Assembly: GCA_013815345.1 (NCBI GenBank)
Contig: JACDGK010000007.1
Span: 1-46,325 of the forward strand
Length of the DNA: 46,325 bases
Direction of reading: 5' to 3'
Source: Patescibacteria group bacterium
GTDB lineage: Bacteria > Patescibacteriota > Minisyncoccia > Phycocordibacterales > Phycocordibacteraceae
Under the pieces are notes generated by a model. The model worked only from the letters and a program-made list of their open reading frames with translations, searched no databases and had not been told where the DNA came from. Shown in pieces: positions 36,606 to 45,946 of the stretch. The position numbers and the translations under genes are program-made. Position 1 is the stretch's first letter, and the number at the start of each line of letters is the position of its first letter.

Positions 36606-39600
36606 CTACAACGCTTTGAGATTTTCGACGGAGAAACTAGTTTCACCGTTGCGCAGCGATACGGCTCCTTTTATCAGAACGCAGGTGCCGGGAGTGATGA
36701 GTGCCGAATGTTCTTTGAAGAGTTTCGGAAAGATGACGGCTTCAATTGAATCGGTCTTGTCTTCGAAGCGGACAAATGCCATGCGGTCGCCGCCTTTTGT
36801 GAGGACGGTGCGTACCTCAGCGACGAGTACGGGAAGTATGAGTGACTGGCCAGCTTGCGGTTCTGCGTTGATAGCACCGATCGTCGTATACGCCTTTTCA
36901 AGCTTGGCGGTGTGGGCATCGAGAGGATGACCGGACACATAAATACCCAGAAGATCTTTTTCCCATTCGAGTTTATCGGAAAGGGAGACCGGGTACTCAA
37001 GAGTGGGAAGGACAAGCGTCGGCGCTTGCGCCGACGCACCGAAAAGAGAATCCTGCGGATGTTCAGTGGTCACATCGCGATGAAAAGCCAGTAAAAGTTC
37101 AATGTTCGCGAGCAAGCTTGCGCGACTTACGTCACCAGCGAGACCATCAAGCGCTCCACACTTTATCAATGATTCGAGCGCTTTCTTATTGAGATTTCGC
37201 GAACCAATGCGGCAAAGAAAATCAGAAAGCGAAGTGAAGGGCCCTGTAGCTTTACGCTCCGCAATGATGGCTTCTGAAATGCCTTCGCCGAAATTTTTGA
37301 TCGTAGTTAACCCAAACCGAATAGTATCCTTATCCTCGCCTGCTACAGTAAACTCTGCATCTGACTCATTAACATCAGGCGGTAGCACAGGAATTCCCAT
37401 ACGTTCACATTCACCGACAAAAGTAGCGATTTGCGCTGTATCTCCCGCATCAGCCGTGAGAAGTGCAGCCATATATTCGACTGGATAGTTCGCCTTCATG
37501 TAAGCCGTCTGGTACGCGACTTTGCCATAACTTGCCGCGTGCGCTTTGCCGAAGCCGTATGCGGCAAAGGGTTCAATAAGTTTCCAAAGGTCTTCTGCTT
37601 TTTGCGGCGAGAGATCACTGTGTTCAGCAAATCCTTCAATAAGTTTTACTTTCTGCGCGCGCATCTCTTTCGGAATCTTTTTACCCATCGCTTTGCGAAG
37701 CGAGTCCGCATCCTTCCATGAATAACCTGCAAGGTGCACCGCGATAAGTAGCACATCATCTTGATAGGTCACGACGCCATACGACTGATCAAGGATGGAT
37801 TCAAGTTTTGGATGAAGATATCGTACGAGCTTCGGATTTCTTTTACGCTCAATGTATGAAGGAATTGATTCCATCGGACCTGGACGATACAGTGCAACCA
37901 TCGCGTTAATATCGAAAATCGACGTAGGTCGAAGCTCTTTCAGATAGCGCGTCATCCCGGAACCGTTCAATTGGAAGATTCCTTCAGTCTCACCACGCGC
38001 AAGCATGCTGTAGGTATTTGCATCGTCGATTGGAATGTTCTCAATATCGATCCAACGATCGCGCGAAAGCCGCACCCGTTCGACTGCATCCCCAAGGATG
38101 GCGAGGTTTTTAATACCGAGAAAATCGAATTTAAGAAGCCCGACGCCGCCGTATTCATCGGTAATCGAGTACATGTCATATTGCGTGATGATCCCACCGC
38201 CCTTGGGATCAAACTGAAGGGGTGCCCAGTCAGTGAGCGGAGAAGGAGCAATGACAACACCAGCGGCATGTACGCCTACGTGCCGCACACAGCCTTCGAT
38301 GCGTTTGGCAAGATCAAGTATTTCACGCACGTCATCATCTTCGTCGTACAGCGTTTTTAACTCTTTTTCAAGCTCCATCGCGCGATCAATGGTCATCGGG
38401 AACCCTTGCGAGCCGATGGGTATAAGTTTCGCGATACGATCACCGACACCATATGAATGGCCGAGTGCGCGACAGACATCGCGTACCGCCGCTCGAGCCA
38501 TCATCGTGCCAAACGTACCGATCTGCGCTACGCGATCCTCGCCGTATTTGCGTTTGGCGTACGCGATCATCTCACCGCGGCGATTATCGGCAAAGTCCAT
38601 GTCGATATCCGGCGCTTTCGGACGTTCTGGGTTTAGGAAGCGTTCAAAAGGAAGTTTATAGAATATGGGATCGACGTTCGTAATGCCGGTGAGGTACGAA
38701 ACCAGGGACCCCGCGGCGGAGCCGCGGGTCGTCGTGAGAATGCCTTCTTGTTTTGCGAAGGTAAGAAGGTCAGACACCACGAGGAAATATTTTTCGTACC
38801 CTTTTCCGTTAATGATGCGCAGCTCGTACTCAATGCGTTCTTCAATTTCCGGCTCGAGCTTTATACCGCGCATAGAAAGACCGGCGTACGCTTTATCCCG
38901 GAGCATTTGGGCGTGCGTTTTGCCTTCTTCCTGGGGAAATTCCGGAAACACCCAGGTGCCCAGCTCGAAAGAGAGATTACAGCGGTCGGCAATTTCTTTT
39001 GAACGATCAACCGCGTCAAGTGTTTCTTTAAAAAACTTAAGTGCTTCTTTCTCGCTGATAAAAGAGAAGTCCTCTTCTTCATTACGACCACGCTGACCGC
39101 CATGTTGAATTCGTCGCAATACTTCACAGGCTCCTTGATCACTGGATTTTAGATAATACACATCATGTTGCGCGACAAACGGTACGCCGGATTCCTTGGA
39201 GAGTTCAATGAGCTTCTTCATTTTTTCTGTATGACCTGCCACTTTCGGATGATGCGTGATTTCGAGAAAGACATTTTCTTTTCCGAAAATACTTACGTAT
39301 TCCGCAAGGGCAGCGGCAGCACCTCGGGCGTCACCTGCAGCGAGCATGAGCGGTACTTCGCCCGCAAAAGAGGGAATGAGCGCAATAAGTCCTTCGTGAT
39401 ATTCACGCAAGAGTTCTTTATCGACGCGTGGTTTTTCGAAAAATCCTTCCGTGTGAGATTTCGTGACGAGAGAAAGAAGATTTTTATACCCTTGGTTATT
39501 TTCAGCAAGGAGCACCAGACGGGTGCGTTTGCCAGCCTCACTGCGTTCTTTGTCAAAACGGGAGCGGGCAGCAACATACATATCGACGCCGATAATCGGT

Positions 39601-39782
39601 TTTATTCCCTCAGCGGTCGCCGCCTTATAAAACTCGATGGCACCGTGCAAATTGCCCGAATCAGTAAGAGCGACCGCTCCCATACCGTTTTTTTTAGCGG
39701 CCTCTACCAACTCATCAACTTTCGGGAGTGCCTCGAGAAAAGAGTAATGGCTATGCGCATGGAGATGAATGAACCGAGACAT
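36606..39782 (-). CDS. dnaE: DNA polymerase III alpha subunit
   Basis: PHP HLHAHSHYS, RGSAAGSLV, PDIDMDF, HAAGVVI, KFDFLG, OB-fold C-terminus. ATG 39782 follows TGCTATTCT. Confidence 0.96.
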   Translation of the reverse strand: MSRFIHLHAHSHYSFLEALPKVDELVEAAKKNGMGAVALTDSGNLHGAIEFYKAATAEGIKPIIGVDMYVAARSRFDKERSEAGKRTRLVLLAENNQGYKNLLSLVTKSHTEGFFEKPRVDKELLREYHEGLIALIPSFAGEVPLMLAAGDARGAAAALAEYVSIFGKENVFLEITHHPKVAGHTEKMKKLIELSKESGVPFVAQHDVYYLKSSDQGACEVLRRIQHGGQRGRNEEEDFSFISEKEALKFFKETLDAVDRSKEIADRCNLSFELGTWVFPEFPQEEGKTHAQMLRDKAYAGLSMRGIKLEPEIEERIEYELRIINGKGYEKYFLVVSDLLTFAKQEGILTTTRGSAAGSLVSYLTGITNVDPIFYKLPFERFLNPERPKAPDIDMDFADNRRGEMIAYAKRKYGEDRVAQIGTFGTMMARAAVRDVCRALGHSYGVGDRIAKLIPIGSQGFPMTIDRAMELEKELKTLYDEDDDVREILDLAKRIEGCVRHVGVHAAGVVIAPSPLTDWAPLQFDPKGGGIITQYDMYSITDEYGGVGLLKFDFLGIKNLAILGDAVERVRLSRDRWIDIENIPIDDANTYSMLARGETEGIFQLNGSGMTRYLKELRPTSIFDINAMVALYRPGPMESIPSYIERKRNPKLVRYLHPKLESILDQSYGVVTYQDDVLLIAVHLAGYSWKDADSLRKAMGKKIPKEMRAQKVKLIEGFAEHSDLSPQKAEDLWKLIEPFAAYGFGKAHAASYGKVAYQTAYMKANYPVEYMAALLTADAGDTAQIATFVGECERMGIPVLPPDVNESDAEFTVAGEDKDTIRFGLTTIKNFGEGISEAIIAERKATGPFTSLSDFLCRIGSRNLNKKALESLIKCGALDGLAGDVSRASLLANIELLLAFHRDVTTEHPQDSLFGASAQAPTLVLPTLEYPVSLSDKLEWEKDLLGIYVSGHPLDAHTAKLEKAYTTIGAINAEPQAGQSLILPVLVAEVRTVLTKGGDRMAFVRFEDKTDSIEAVIFPKLFKEHSALITPGTCVLIKGAVSLRNGETSFSVENLKAL

Positions 39783-39893
39783 ATATACAGAATAGCAAAT
39801 TATAGCCAAATCTCCGGTCGTTGACATTTATGCCGGTCAGGAATGTAATACGAGCAGACGTTCATTGGCCAGTTTCGCAAAGAGGCTTCTCAA

Positions 39894-40580
39894 ATGCACA
39901 TGCAGCACGCACCGCGCATGGCAGATCCCTACCTCTATGCATTCGAGGAAAGGGTTCTTGCGGGAATTGGGATGTTCTGCCGCATGATGTGGCAAAATGC
40001 TCCGCGTTCCGTCCAGCGCAAGTACGCTCGTTTCTCGATGCGCCGCAATGCATTCGTTCAAGAAATGATTGCGTATGATGAGGCAGATTCCGAGGTGTGT
40101 ATACCACTTGATACAATCGTGTACGGTGTCCTCGGATGGTTTTCAGATGTCCCGAGCATCTATGATGGCCCAAGTCTCACTGCTCAAGATTTTGGTGACA
40201 TGCTCGAAATTGCGTCCTACACGAACTGCTTTTTGGGAGGGAACGCTTCACGAGGGGACTTAACCTTCTTTCTACGCGAATTCTCCGCGAGAGAAATGTC
40301 GAAAAAAGACGCAACCACCTTCCGAGAAACTTGTTTGAAATACAAGAGTGGTGATAACACATGTCTCATTCTTCTGCTCAATCATTTGCTCGCTGGCACA
40401 ATGCGTCATCGGAAGATTCTTACCCCGACACGTGAACGAAATCTGGTCGAGCACGCCCCTTCGCTATGGCGGAGACAGAGTGAAGATGGAGCGTTCATTG
40501 ATTTTCCTCTGGCTCATTCCCGATACCATTTATATAGTTCCTTGCTCAGACATCTTGAGATCGTTCGCGGAACAGCGTAA
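39894..40580 (+). CDS. Hypothetical protein (start may be 39918)
   Basis: Long ORF filling the dnaE-rnhB gap; no family recognised. Confidence 0.5.
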   Translation: MHMQHAPRMADPYLYAFEERVLAGIGMFCRMMWQNAPRSVQRKYARFSMRRNAFVQEMIAYDEADSEVCIPLDTIVYGVLGWFSDVPSIYDGPSLTAQDFGDMLEIASYTNCFLGGNASRGDLTFFLREFSAREMSKKDATTFRETCLKYKSGDNTCLILLLNHLLAGTMRHRKILTPTRERNLVEHAPSLWRRQSEDGAFIDFPLAHSRYHLYSSLLRHLEIVRGTA

Positions 40581-40632
40581 TACCACTCGAGTGACAAGGG
40601 TGGTATTTTCTTTAATCTGGTATGCTTTTTGT

Positions 40633-41217
40633 ATGACGACGATTGTGGGAGTGGATGAAGCCGGACGAGGACCATTAGCAGGACCGGTGGCGGTGGGGGC
40701 GGTGGCAGTCGAGGATGGCTTTGATCTACTAACCGCTTTTCCGGGCCTTAACGATTCGAAAAAACTTTCAGAAAAGAAACGAGAAATGTTATTTTCAATA
40801 CTTGAAGAACAATCATGTGCCGGGAATGTTCGTTTTCGGGTTGAATTTTCAAGCGCCGAGATGATCGATGAAAAAGGAATCATGCCCGCAGTTTGCGCGG
40901 CACTCGAGAGGGGAGTGAGGAATCTTTTGCCTGACCCTGAAAAAGGAAAAGTTTTTTTAGATGGCGCGCTGCGCGCGTCGAGTGAATATGAGCAAGAAAC
41001 GATCATCGGGGGCGATGGGTTGGTACCAACGATCATGCTTGCCTCGATTGCGGCGAAAGTGACGAGAGATCGATTGATGCAGGGAATCGCGAAGCGATTC
41101 CCTGCATATGGCTTCGATCAGCATAAAGGATACGGAACCAAAGCACATTACGCAGCCCTTATCGAGTATGGTCTTTGCGAAGAACATCGTCGAACATTCA
41201 TTCACTTAGGAAGTTGA
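40633..41217 (+). CDS. rnhB: Ribonuclease HII
   Basis: GVDEAGRGPLAGPV, LNDSKKLS, ASIAAKVTRD, HKGYGT, HRRTF. Confidence 0.95.
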   Translation: MTTIVGVDEAGRGPLAGPVAVGAVAVEDGFDLLTAFPGLNDSKKLSEKKREMLFSILEEQSCAGNVRFRVEFSSAEMIDEKGIMPAVCAALERGVRNLLPDPEKGKVFLDGALRASSEYEQETIIGGDGLVPTIMLASIAAKVTRDRLMQGIAKRFPAYGFDQHKGYGTKAHYAALIEYGLCEEHRRTFIHLGS

Positions 41218-41295
41218 ATAGATACATGTAAGAAATAAAGCAGGAAAATAGGACTCTTTTTGCCTTTTTATACCTGACATGGTACGGTGTGGGAC

Positions 41296-41673
41296 ATGTC
41301 AGTACGAATGCGCCATACCAGTTCTCATACCAAGAATCGCCGCAGCCATCATGCGCTGGCGGGCACCACGATCGTTACCGATAAAGAAAGCAGCAAGCTC
41401 CGCTTACCGCATCGTATCGATGAATCGACCGGGATGTATCGCGGTATCCAAATTGTTTCCACGAGAGAGCTACGAAAAGAAGAGAAAAAAGAAACCAAGA
41501 AAGAGGCACGTAAGCGTGAACACATCCACGCCGACGGCTCAAAAGAACCAGTGCACGGCGAAAAGCATCTCGCAAAAGAGGAGAGCGACAAGAAGTCACA
41601 GGGCCTACTTGGCCGTATGGTGACGGGACGTGCGAAGGCGCGTTCGGGAATGGGAGGAGGAACGGGGTCATAA
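41296..41673 (+). CDS. rpmF: 50S ribosomal protein L32 (Cys-free) with a long C-terminal extension
   Basis: RHTSSHTKNRRSHHAL...LPHRI...GMYRG; located before nusB and rnc; promoter TTGCCT-17 bp-TACGGT. Confidence 0.85.
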   Translation: MSVRMRHTSSHTKNRRSHHALAGTTIVTDKESSKLRLPHRIDESTGMYRGIQIVSTRELRKEEKKETKKEARKREHIHADGSKEPVHGEKHLAKEESDKKSQGLLGRMVTGRAKARSGMGGGTGS

Positions 41674-41708
41674 ACTCTTTAGCCCCCTTTGCAACATAAA
41701 GTTATGCA

Positions 41709-41734
41709 CACGCCCGTGCTCTTGCGCGGGCGTG
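41709..41734 (+). terminator. Hairpin between rpmF and nusB
   Basis: CACGCCCGTGC-TCTT-GCGCGGGCGTG; poor U-tract. Confidence 0.4.
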
Positions 41735-41766
41735 TTGCGTAGCCTACTCTGTATAGAGATCTTTAT

Positions 41767-42693
41767 ATGGCCAATCGGCACCTTGCACGTTCAGTCGTTC
41801 TTCAGACACTTTTTGAGTGGGATACCTCGTCTGCGCCTGATGCTGAACTTCCCCATATACTCGTGCGCAACATCGAAGAGTTCGGAGGTGAGGATACCGA
41901 TCGTGCGTTTATGGAGCAATTGAGCCAAGGCGTGCTTGCAAAAAAACCTGATCTTGACCTTGTGATCGAGAAAGCTGCACCGGACTGGCCACTTGATAAA
42001 ATCGCACCGGTTGATCGTAATATTCTTCGCATCGGACTGTTCGAACTCCTCTTTGCCGATCGCACTCAAGTGCCAGCAAAAGTCGCTATCAACGAAGCAA
42101 TCGAACTTGCAAAAATATTCGGAGGCGATTCTTCTGGACGTTTTGTAAACGGCGTGCTCGGTGCCGTATACAAAGAAATGGGCGAGCCGGGAAAAGATGA
42201 AAAAGGAAAACGTGACAGAGTCAGACGCGAGGACTTACCCGTTGAGCAGCTCGGCGGCGCTATTGTCTACGCATACCACGAAGGTCAATACTATTTGGCG
42301 CTTGTGCATGACGTGTTTGGACACTGGACGCTTTCCAAAGGAAAGATAGGGGACAACCCAAGTATTGCGAATGAAAGCGTTGAGGAAGGAACGGTTCGAG
42401 AAATAAAGGAAGAAATAGGCATCGATATTGTTATTGAGGAAAAGATCGGCGAAAACGAATATATCGCTTCGCATCCTGAAAAAGGGAAATTCCGCAAGCA
42501 TGTCGCTTATTTTCTCGCGCGCGCTGATTTCGAACCTCTAAAACTGCAAGAAGGAAAGGGAGGTCTTGATGATACAAAATGGTTTCGACTTCAGGACATC
42601 CTTGACCTGAATTTTTATGATGATATGCTCCCAATCGTTACTGCAGCCGTGCAAAAATTACTCGATCATGCACGCGCAGCGGCTATCTCATAA
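41767..42693 (+). CDS. nusB: NusB fused to a C-terminal Nudix hydrolase domain
   Basis: RHLARS.VLQ.LFE, VDRNILR, VAINEAIELAK.FG, FVNGVL; then WTLSKG...E..EEG.VREIKEEIGI. Confidence 0.9.
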   Translation: MANRHLARSVVLQTLFEWDTSSAPDAELPHILVRNIEEFGGEDTDRAFMEQLSQGVLAKKPDLDLVIEKAAPDWPLDKIAPVDRNILRIGLFELLFADRTQVPAKVAINEAIELAKIFGGDSSGRFVNGVLGAVYKEMGEPGKDEKGKRDRVRREDLPVEQLGGAIVYAYHEGQYYLALVHDVFGHWTLSKGKIGDNPSIANESVEEGTVREIKEEIGIDIVIEEKIGENEYIASHPEKGKFRKHVAYFLARADFEPLKLQEGKGGLDDTKWFRLQDILDLNFYDDMLPIVTAAVQKLLDHARAAAIS

Positions 42694-43383
42694 ATGCCCG
42701 ATTTTTCATCCTACGCCGCTACTCTTAAGCTCTCATTCAAAAACCCCGATCTCTTGATCGAGGCATTGACGCATCGCTCATATTTAAATGAGAATCGAGG
42801 AAGTGTTTCCGTGCATAATGAACGTCTTGAATTTCTCGGGGACGCCGTACTCGAGCTTGCCGTTACCCATTTTCTTTTTATAAAATTCCCGAAGCATGAT
42901 GAGGGAAGTCTAACGGCGTATCGTGCTTCACTCGTGAACACTGTCTCGCTTGCAACCGTTGCGGAAGCCATCGGTTTGAATGATATGCTCCTTCTTTCTA
43001 AAGGTGAGTCGAGAGACAGGGGTCGCGCACGACAAATTATTCTTGCGAATGCGTTCGAAGCGTTGCTTGGCGCTATCTATCTTGATCAAGGGTATCAGCG
43101 GACTGAAGAATTTCTCGCAACACATCTTTACTCAAAGATCGAAGGAGTCATCGAAAATCGAGCGTGGCAGGATGCAAAAAGTCATTTTCAAGAAGTGGCC
43201 CAGGAAAAGAAGGGAATTACGCCACATTACAAAACAGTGAGCGAAAAGGGACCTGATCATGACAAGCAATTTACCGTCGGAGTATTTCTCGAAACTGAGG
43301 AGATTGCGCACGGCACCGGCAAATCAAAACAAGAAGCGGAACAGTCCGCCGCTCAGAACGCACTTGACAGAGTAGGCTGGTAA
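42694..43383 (+). CDS. rnc: Ribonuclease III
   Basis: ALTHRS, NERLEFLGDAVL, EALLGAIYLD, dsRBD GPDH...K.EAEQ.AA. Confidence 0.96.
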   Translation: MPDFSSYAATLKLSFKNPDLLIEALTHRSYLNENRGSVSVHNERLEFLGDAVLELAVTHFLFIKFPKHDEGSLTAYRASLVNTVSLATVAEAIGLNDMLLLSKGESRDRGRARQIILANAFEALLGAIYLDQGYQRTEEFLATHLYSKIEGVIENRAWQDAKSHFQEVAQEKKGITPHYKTVSEKGPDHDKQFTVGVFLETEEIAHGTGKSKQEAEQSAAQNALDRVGW

Positions 43384-43440
43384 TGGCTAACTAAATAGTA
43401 CGGGACAAGACGTTCCTCAACATAACATATAGGAAAAGAA

Positions 43441-43620
43441 ATGAAGATTCGTGAGAATGTGGGCTTTTCAAAGCCCACCTGGAGCGAGTGGTGGAATTCT
43501 CTCACCAAGATCCAGCAAGTCCTCTTTCTCGGCGCGGTTGGCGTCGGGGCGTGGATTATCTCGAGCGCGTTTCTCTATGCCGTTTATTCGAATGTCGGGG
43601 TAGGCCTCACCCCCTTCTGA
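43441..43620 (+). CDS. 59-aa membrane protein not in the ORF track
   Basis: MKIRENVGFSKPTWSEWWNSLTKIQQVLFLGAVGVGAWIISSAFLYAVYSNVGVGLTPF; AGGA upstream; terminator downstream. Confidence 0.6.
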   Translation: MKIRENVGFSKPTWSEWWNSLTKIQQVLFLGAVGVGAWIISSAFLYAVYSNVGVGLTPF

Positions 43621-43640
43621 AGATGGACTTCTCAGGACTC

Positions 43641-43675
43641 ACGTCTCGGTTTTAAAACCGGGACGTTTTTATTTA
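43641..43675 (+). terminator. Rho-independent terminator
   Basis: ACGTCTCGGTTT / AAACCGGGACGT stem followed by TTTTATTT. Confidence 0.7.
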
Positions 43676-43723
43676 TTGAAAAAGTGCACGAATACTCTCT
43701 AGAGTGCGCTATAATTCTTACAA

Positions 43724-45934
43724 ATGTTGAAGCGCCTTGAAATGGCGGGATTTAAATCGTTTGCACGGAAAACCGTGCTTGACTTCTCGTCTGCCGCTAC
43801 GGCCATTGTCGGTCCGAACGGTTCAGGTAAATCAAATGCTGCAGAGGCATTTCGTTTTGCCCTCGGAGAACAGTCGATGAAATCGATGCGCGGAAAGCGA
43901 AGCGAAGATCTCATCTTTGCCGGTTCGCACATGTCTTCGAGGGCAAATCGTGCCGCAGTTGCAATCGTCTTTGATAACGCACGACGTATATTCCCTCGAT
44001 TGGACTTTGACGAGGTGACTATCGAGCGAGCGGTGTTCCGAGATGGCAGTAGTGAGTACTCTATAAATGGTACTAAGACGCGCCTTCGTGACATTCAAGA
44101 ACTACTTGCGTCAGCAAATATTGGCCAGACCGGGCATCACATCATTTCACAAGGAGAAGCAGATCGTATCCTGCTTGCGCATCCTCGTGAACGCCGCGCT
44201 ATGCTTGAAGACGCACTCGGACTTAAAATATTTGAATTTAAAAAACAAGAAGCCGAAAGAAAGCTCGAGAAGACGGAGGAAAACGTAAAGCAGGTTGAGG
44301 CCTTGCGCAGAGAAATCGCACCACATATTCGCTTTCTCGGAAAACAGGTGGAGCGTCTAGAACGTGCCGATGAGTTGCGGAAGGATCTCCAAAATGCATA
44401 CCAAATGTATTTCTCGATCGAAGAAACGTATCTGGTGGTAGAAAAAGATACAACACTTCGCGAACAATCAAAGGTATCTGAACGCCTTTCTATCGCCGAA
44501 GCAGAGCTCGCCGTTTTCGAAGAACGCACGACCCATGATACCGAGGGAATGAAACGTACGGAAGCGGTACGGCACGCCGAGAAAGAAGTCGATCGCGTTA
44601 CGAGTGAACGTGGCCAGCTTGCACGCGAGATCGGCCGTGTAGAAGGAGCGCTCGACGCAGCAAAGAAACGCAGCATGCAAGTAGCGCGCGACCCCTACGT
44701 GAAAGTCTCGCGTGATGATCTTTCAGCACTTCGTGATGAAATCTCGAGTCAGAGCGAGCTGCCAGAACACGCAGAGAACGCCGCGCTTCGCGCGGCACTG
44801 GTCTCTGTTCGTCATGCCATCACCGTATTTTTCGAGCGTTTCGCGGCTCCTACCGACGACTATCTAGCGGAAGAAGAAAACGCTGTCTTTACCTATGAGA
44901 ATGAGTTGAAAGTACTTACTGAAAAGGATGCGAAACTCGATGCTGCACTCGAAGAAACCCGTGGAGCACTCCGTCGTGCTCGTGAAGTTGTTTTTGCGTA
45001 TGAGGAAACAGGAAGAGAAGAACGTCATCGAGTACTCGCGCTCGCGGAAAGCAAAGCCCAGGAGGAAGCGTCGCGCGCGCGTCTCGAAGCTCGCCTTCAT
45101 CAGCTCGCGCAGGAGAAGGAGTCGTTTGATCGAGAGCGCGCGGAAGCGATGACCTTAGTAGGAACGCCCGCCTTTTCCTACACGGCAGTTTCGGAGCTTC
45201 CCCAAGAAGAACGTCGTGTTCAAGAGGATCGGTTGCGGGGAATCGATCGTTTAAAAATTAGAGTAGAGGAAGCTGGCGGCGCAGGAGAAGACGTACGTAC
45301 TGAGTACAAAGACGCCGTAGATCGGGAGGCGTTTCTTTCGCACGAGCTTGAAGATCTGGCAAAATCCGCAGCAGGACTTCGCTCACTCATCCAGGATCTC
45401 GACGAAGAACTGAGTAAAAGCTTCGCGGAGGGATTATTAAAAGTGAATACCTCATTTGGTGAATTCTTTTCGCTCATGTTTGGCGGCGGCTCTGCCAAAT
45501 TAGTCTTGGAAGAGATAGTGACGATTGCCGAAGAAGAGGACGAATACGAAGAAGACTCCGTAGCTATGCCCAAAGGGAAGCCCGGCATCGAGATCTCCGT
45601 CGCGTTGCCAAAAAAGAAAGTGCAGTCACTCATGCAGCTTTCCGGAGGCGAGCGAGCGCTTACGTCTATTGCTCTTATTTTCGCGATGAGTCAGGTAAAT
45701 CCGCCGCCATTCCTTATACTCGATGAAACCGATGCAGCCCTCGATGAAGCCAATAGCCGCCGCTATGGAGATATGATCGAAAATCTTGCCAAAAAATCAC
45801 AGCTGATCGTTATCACCCATAACCGCGAGACCATGAGCCGTGCGGGAATTCTCTACGGCGTCACTATGGGTGCCGACGGCATTTCAAAATTGCTTTCGGT
45901 TAAATTCGAAGAAGCGGCAGCGGTAGCAAAATAA
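43724..45934 (+). CDS. smc: SMC-family ATPase, short (736 aa)
   Basis: GFKSF, Walker A GPNGSGKSN, Q-loop IISQG, LSGGE, Walker B/D-loop LDETDAALD, ITH; located downstream of rnc. Confidence 0.88.
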   Translation: MLKRLEMAGFKSFARKTVLDFSSAATAIVGPNGSGKSNAAEAFRFALGEQSMKSMRGKRSEDLIFAGSHMSSRANRAAVAIVFDNARRIFPRLDFDEVTIERAVFRDGSSEYSINGTKTRLRDIQELLASANIGQTGHHIISQGEADRILLAHPRERRAMLEDALGLKIFEFKKQEAERKLEKTEENVKQVEALRREIAPHIRFLGKQVERLERADELRKDLQNAYQMYFSIEETYLVVEKDTTLREQSKVSERLSIAEAELAVFEERTTHDTEGMKRTEAVRHAEKEVDRVTSERGQLAREIGRVEGALDAAKKRSMQVARDPYVKVSRDDLSALRDEISSQSELPEHAENAALRAALVSVRHAITVFFERFAAPTDDYLAEEENAVFTYENELKVLTEKDAKLDAALEETRGALRRAREVVFAYEETGREERHRVLALAESKAQEEASRARLEARLHQLAQEKESFDRERAEAMTLVGTPAFSYTAVSELPQEERRVQEDRLRGIDRLKIRVEEAGGAGEDVRTEYKDAVDREAFLSHELEDLAKSAAGLRSLIQDLDEELSKSFAEGLLKVNTSFGEFFSLMFGGGSAKLVLEEIVTIAEEEDEYEEDSVAMPKGKPGIEISVALPKKKVQSLMQLSGGERALTSIALIFAMSQVNPPPFLILDETDAALDEANSRRYGDMIENLAKKSQLIVITHNRETMSRAGILYGVTMGADGISKLLSVKFEEAAAVAK

Positions 45935-45946
45935 CTTTTATTTTCT

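Noticed and set aside
36522-36749. Short + strand ORF between thrS and dnaE, and the many antisense ORFs in the track
   Set aside because: They overlap well-supported genes on the other strand or frame and show no recognisable motifs.
41702-41710. DnaA box TTATGCACA (and a near match at ~12256) as an origin
   Set aside because: The boxes are isolated, with no cluster, unwinding element or dnaA/dnaN nearby.
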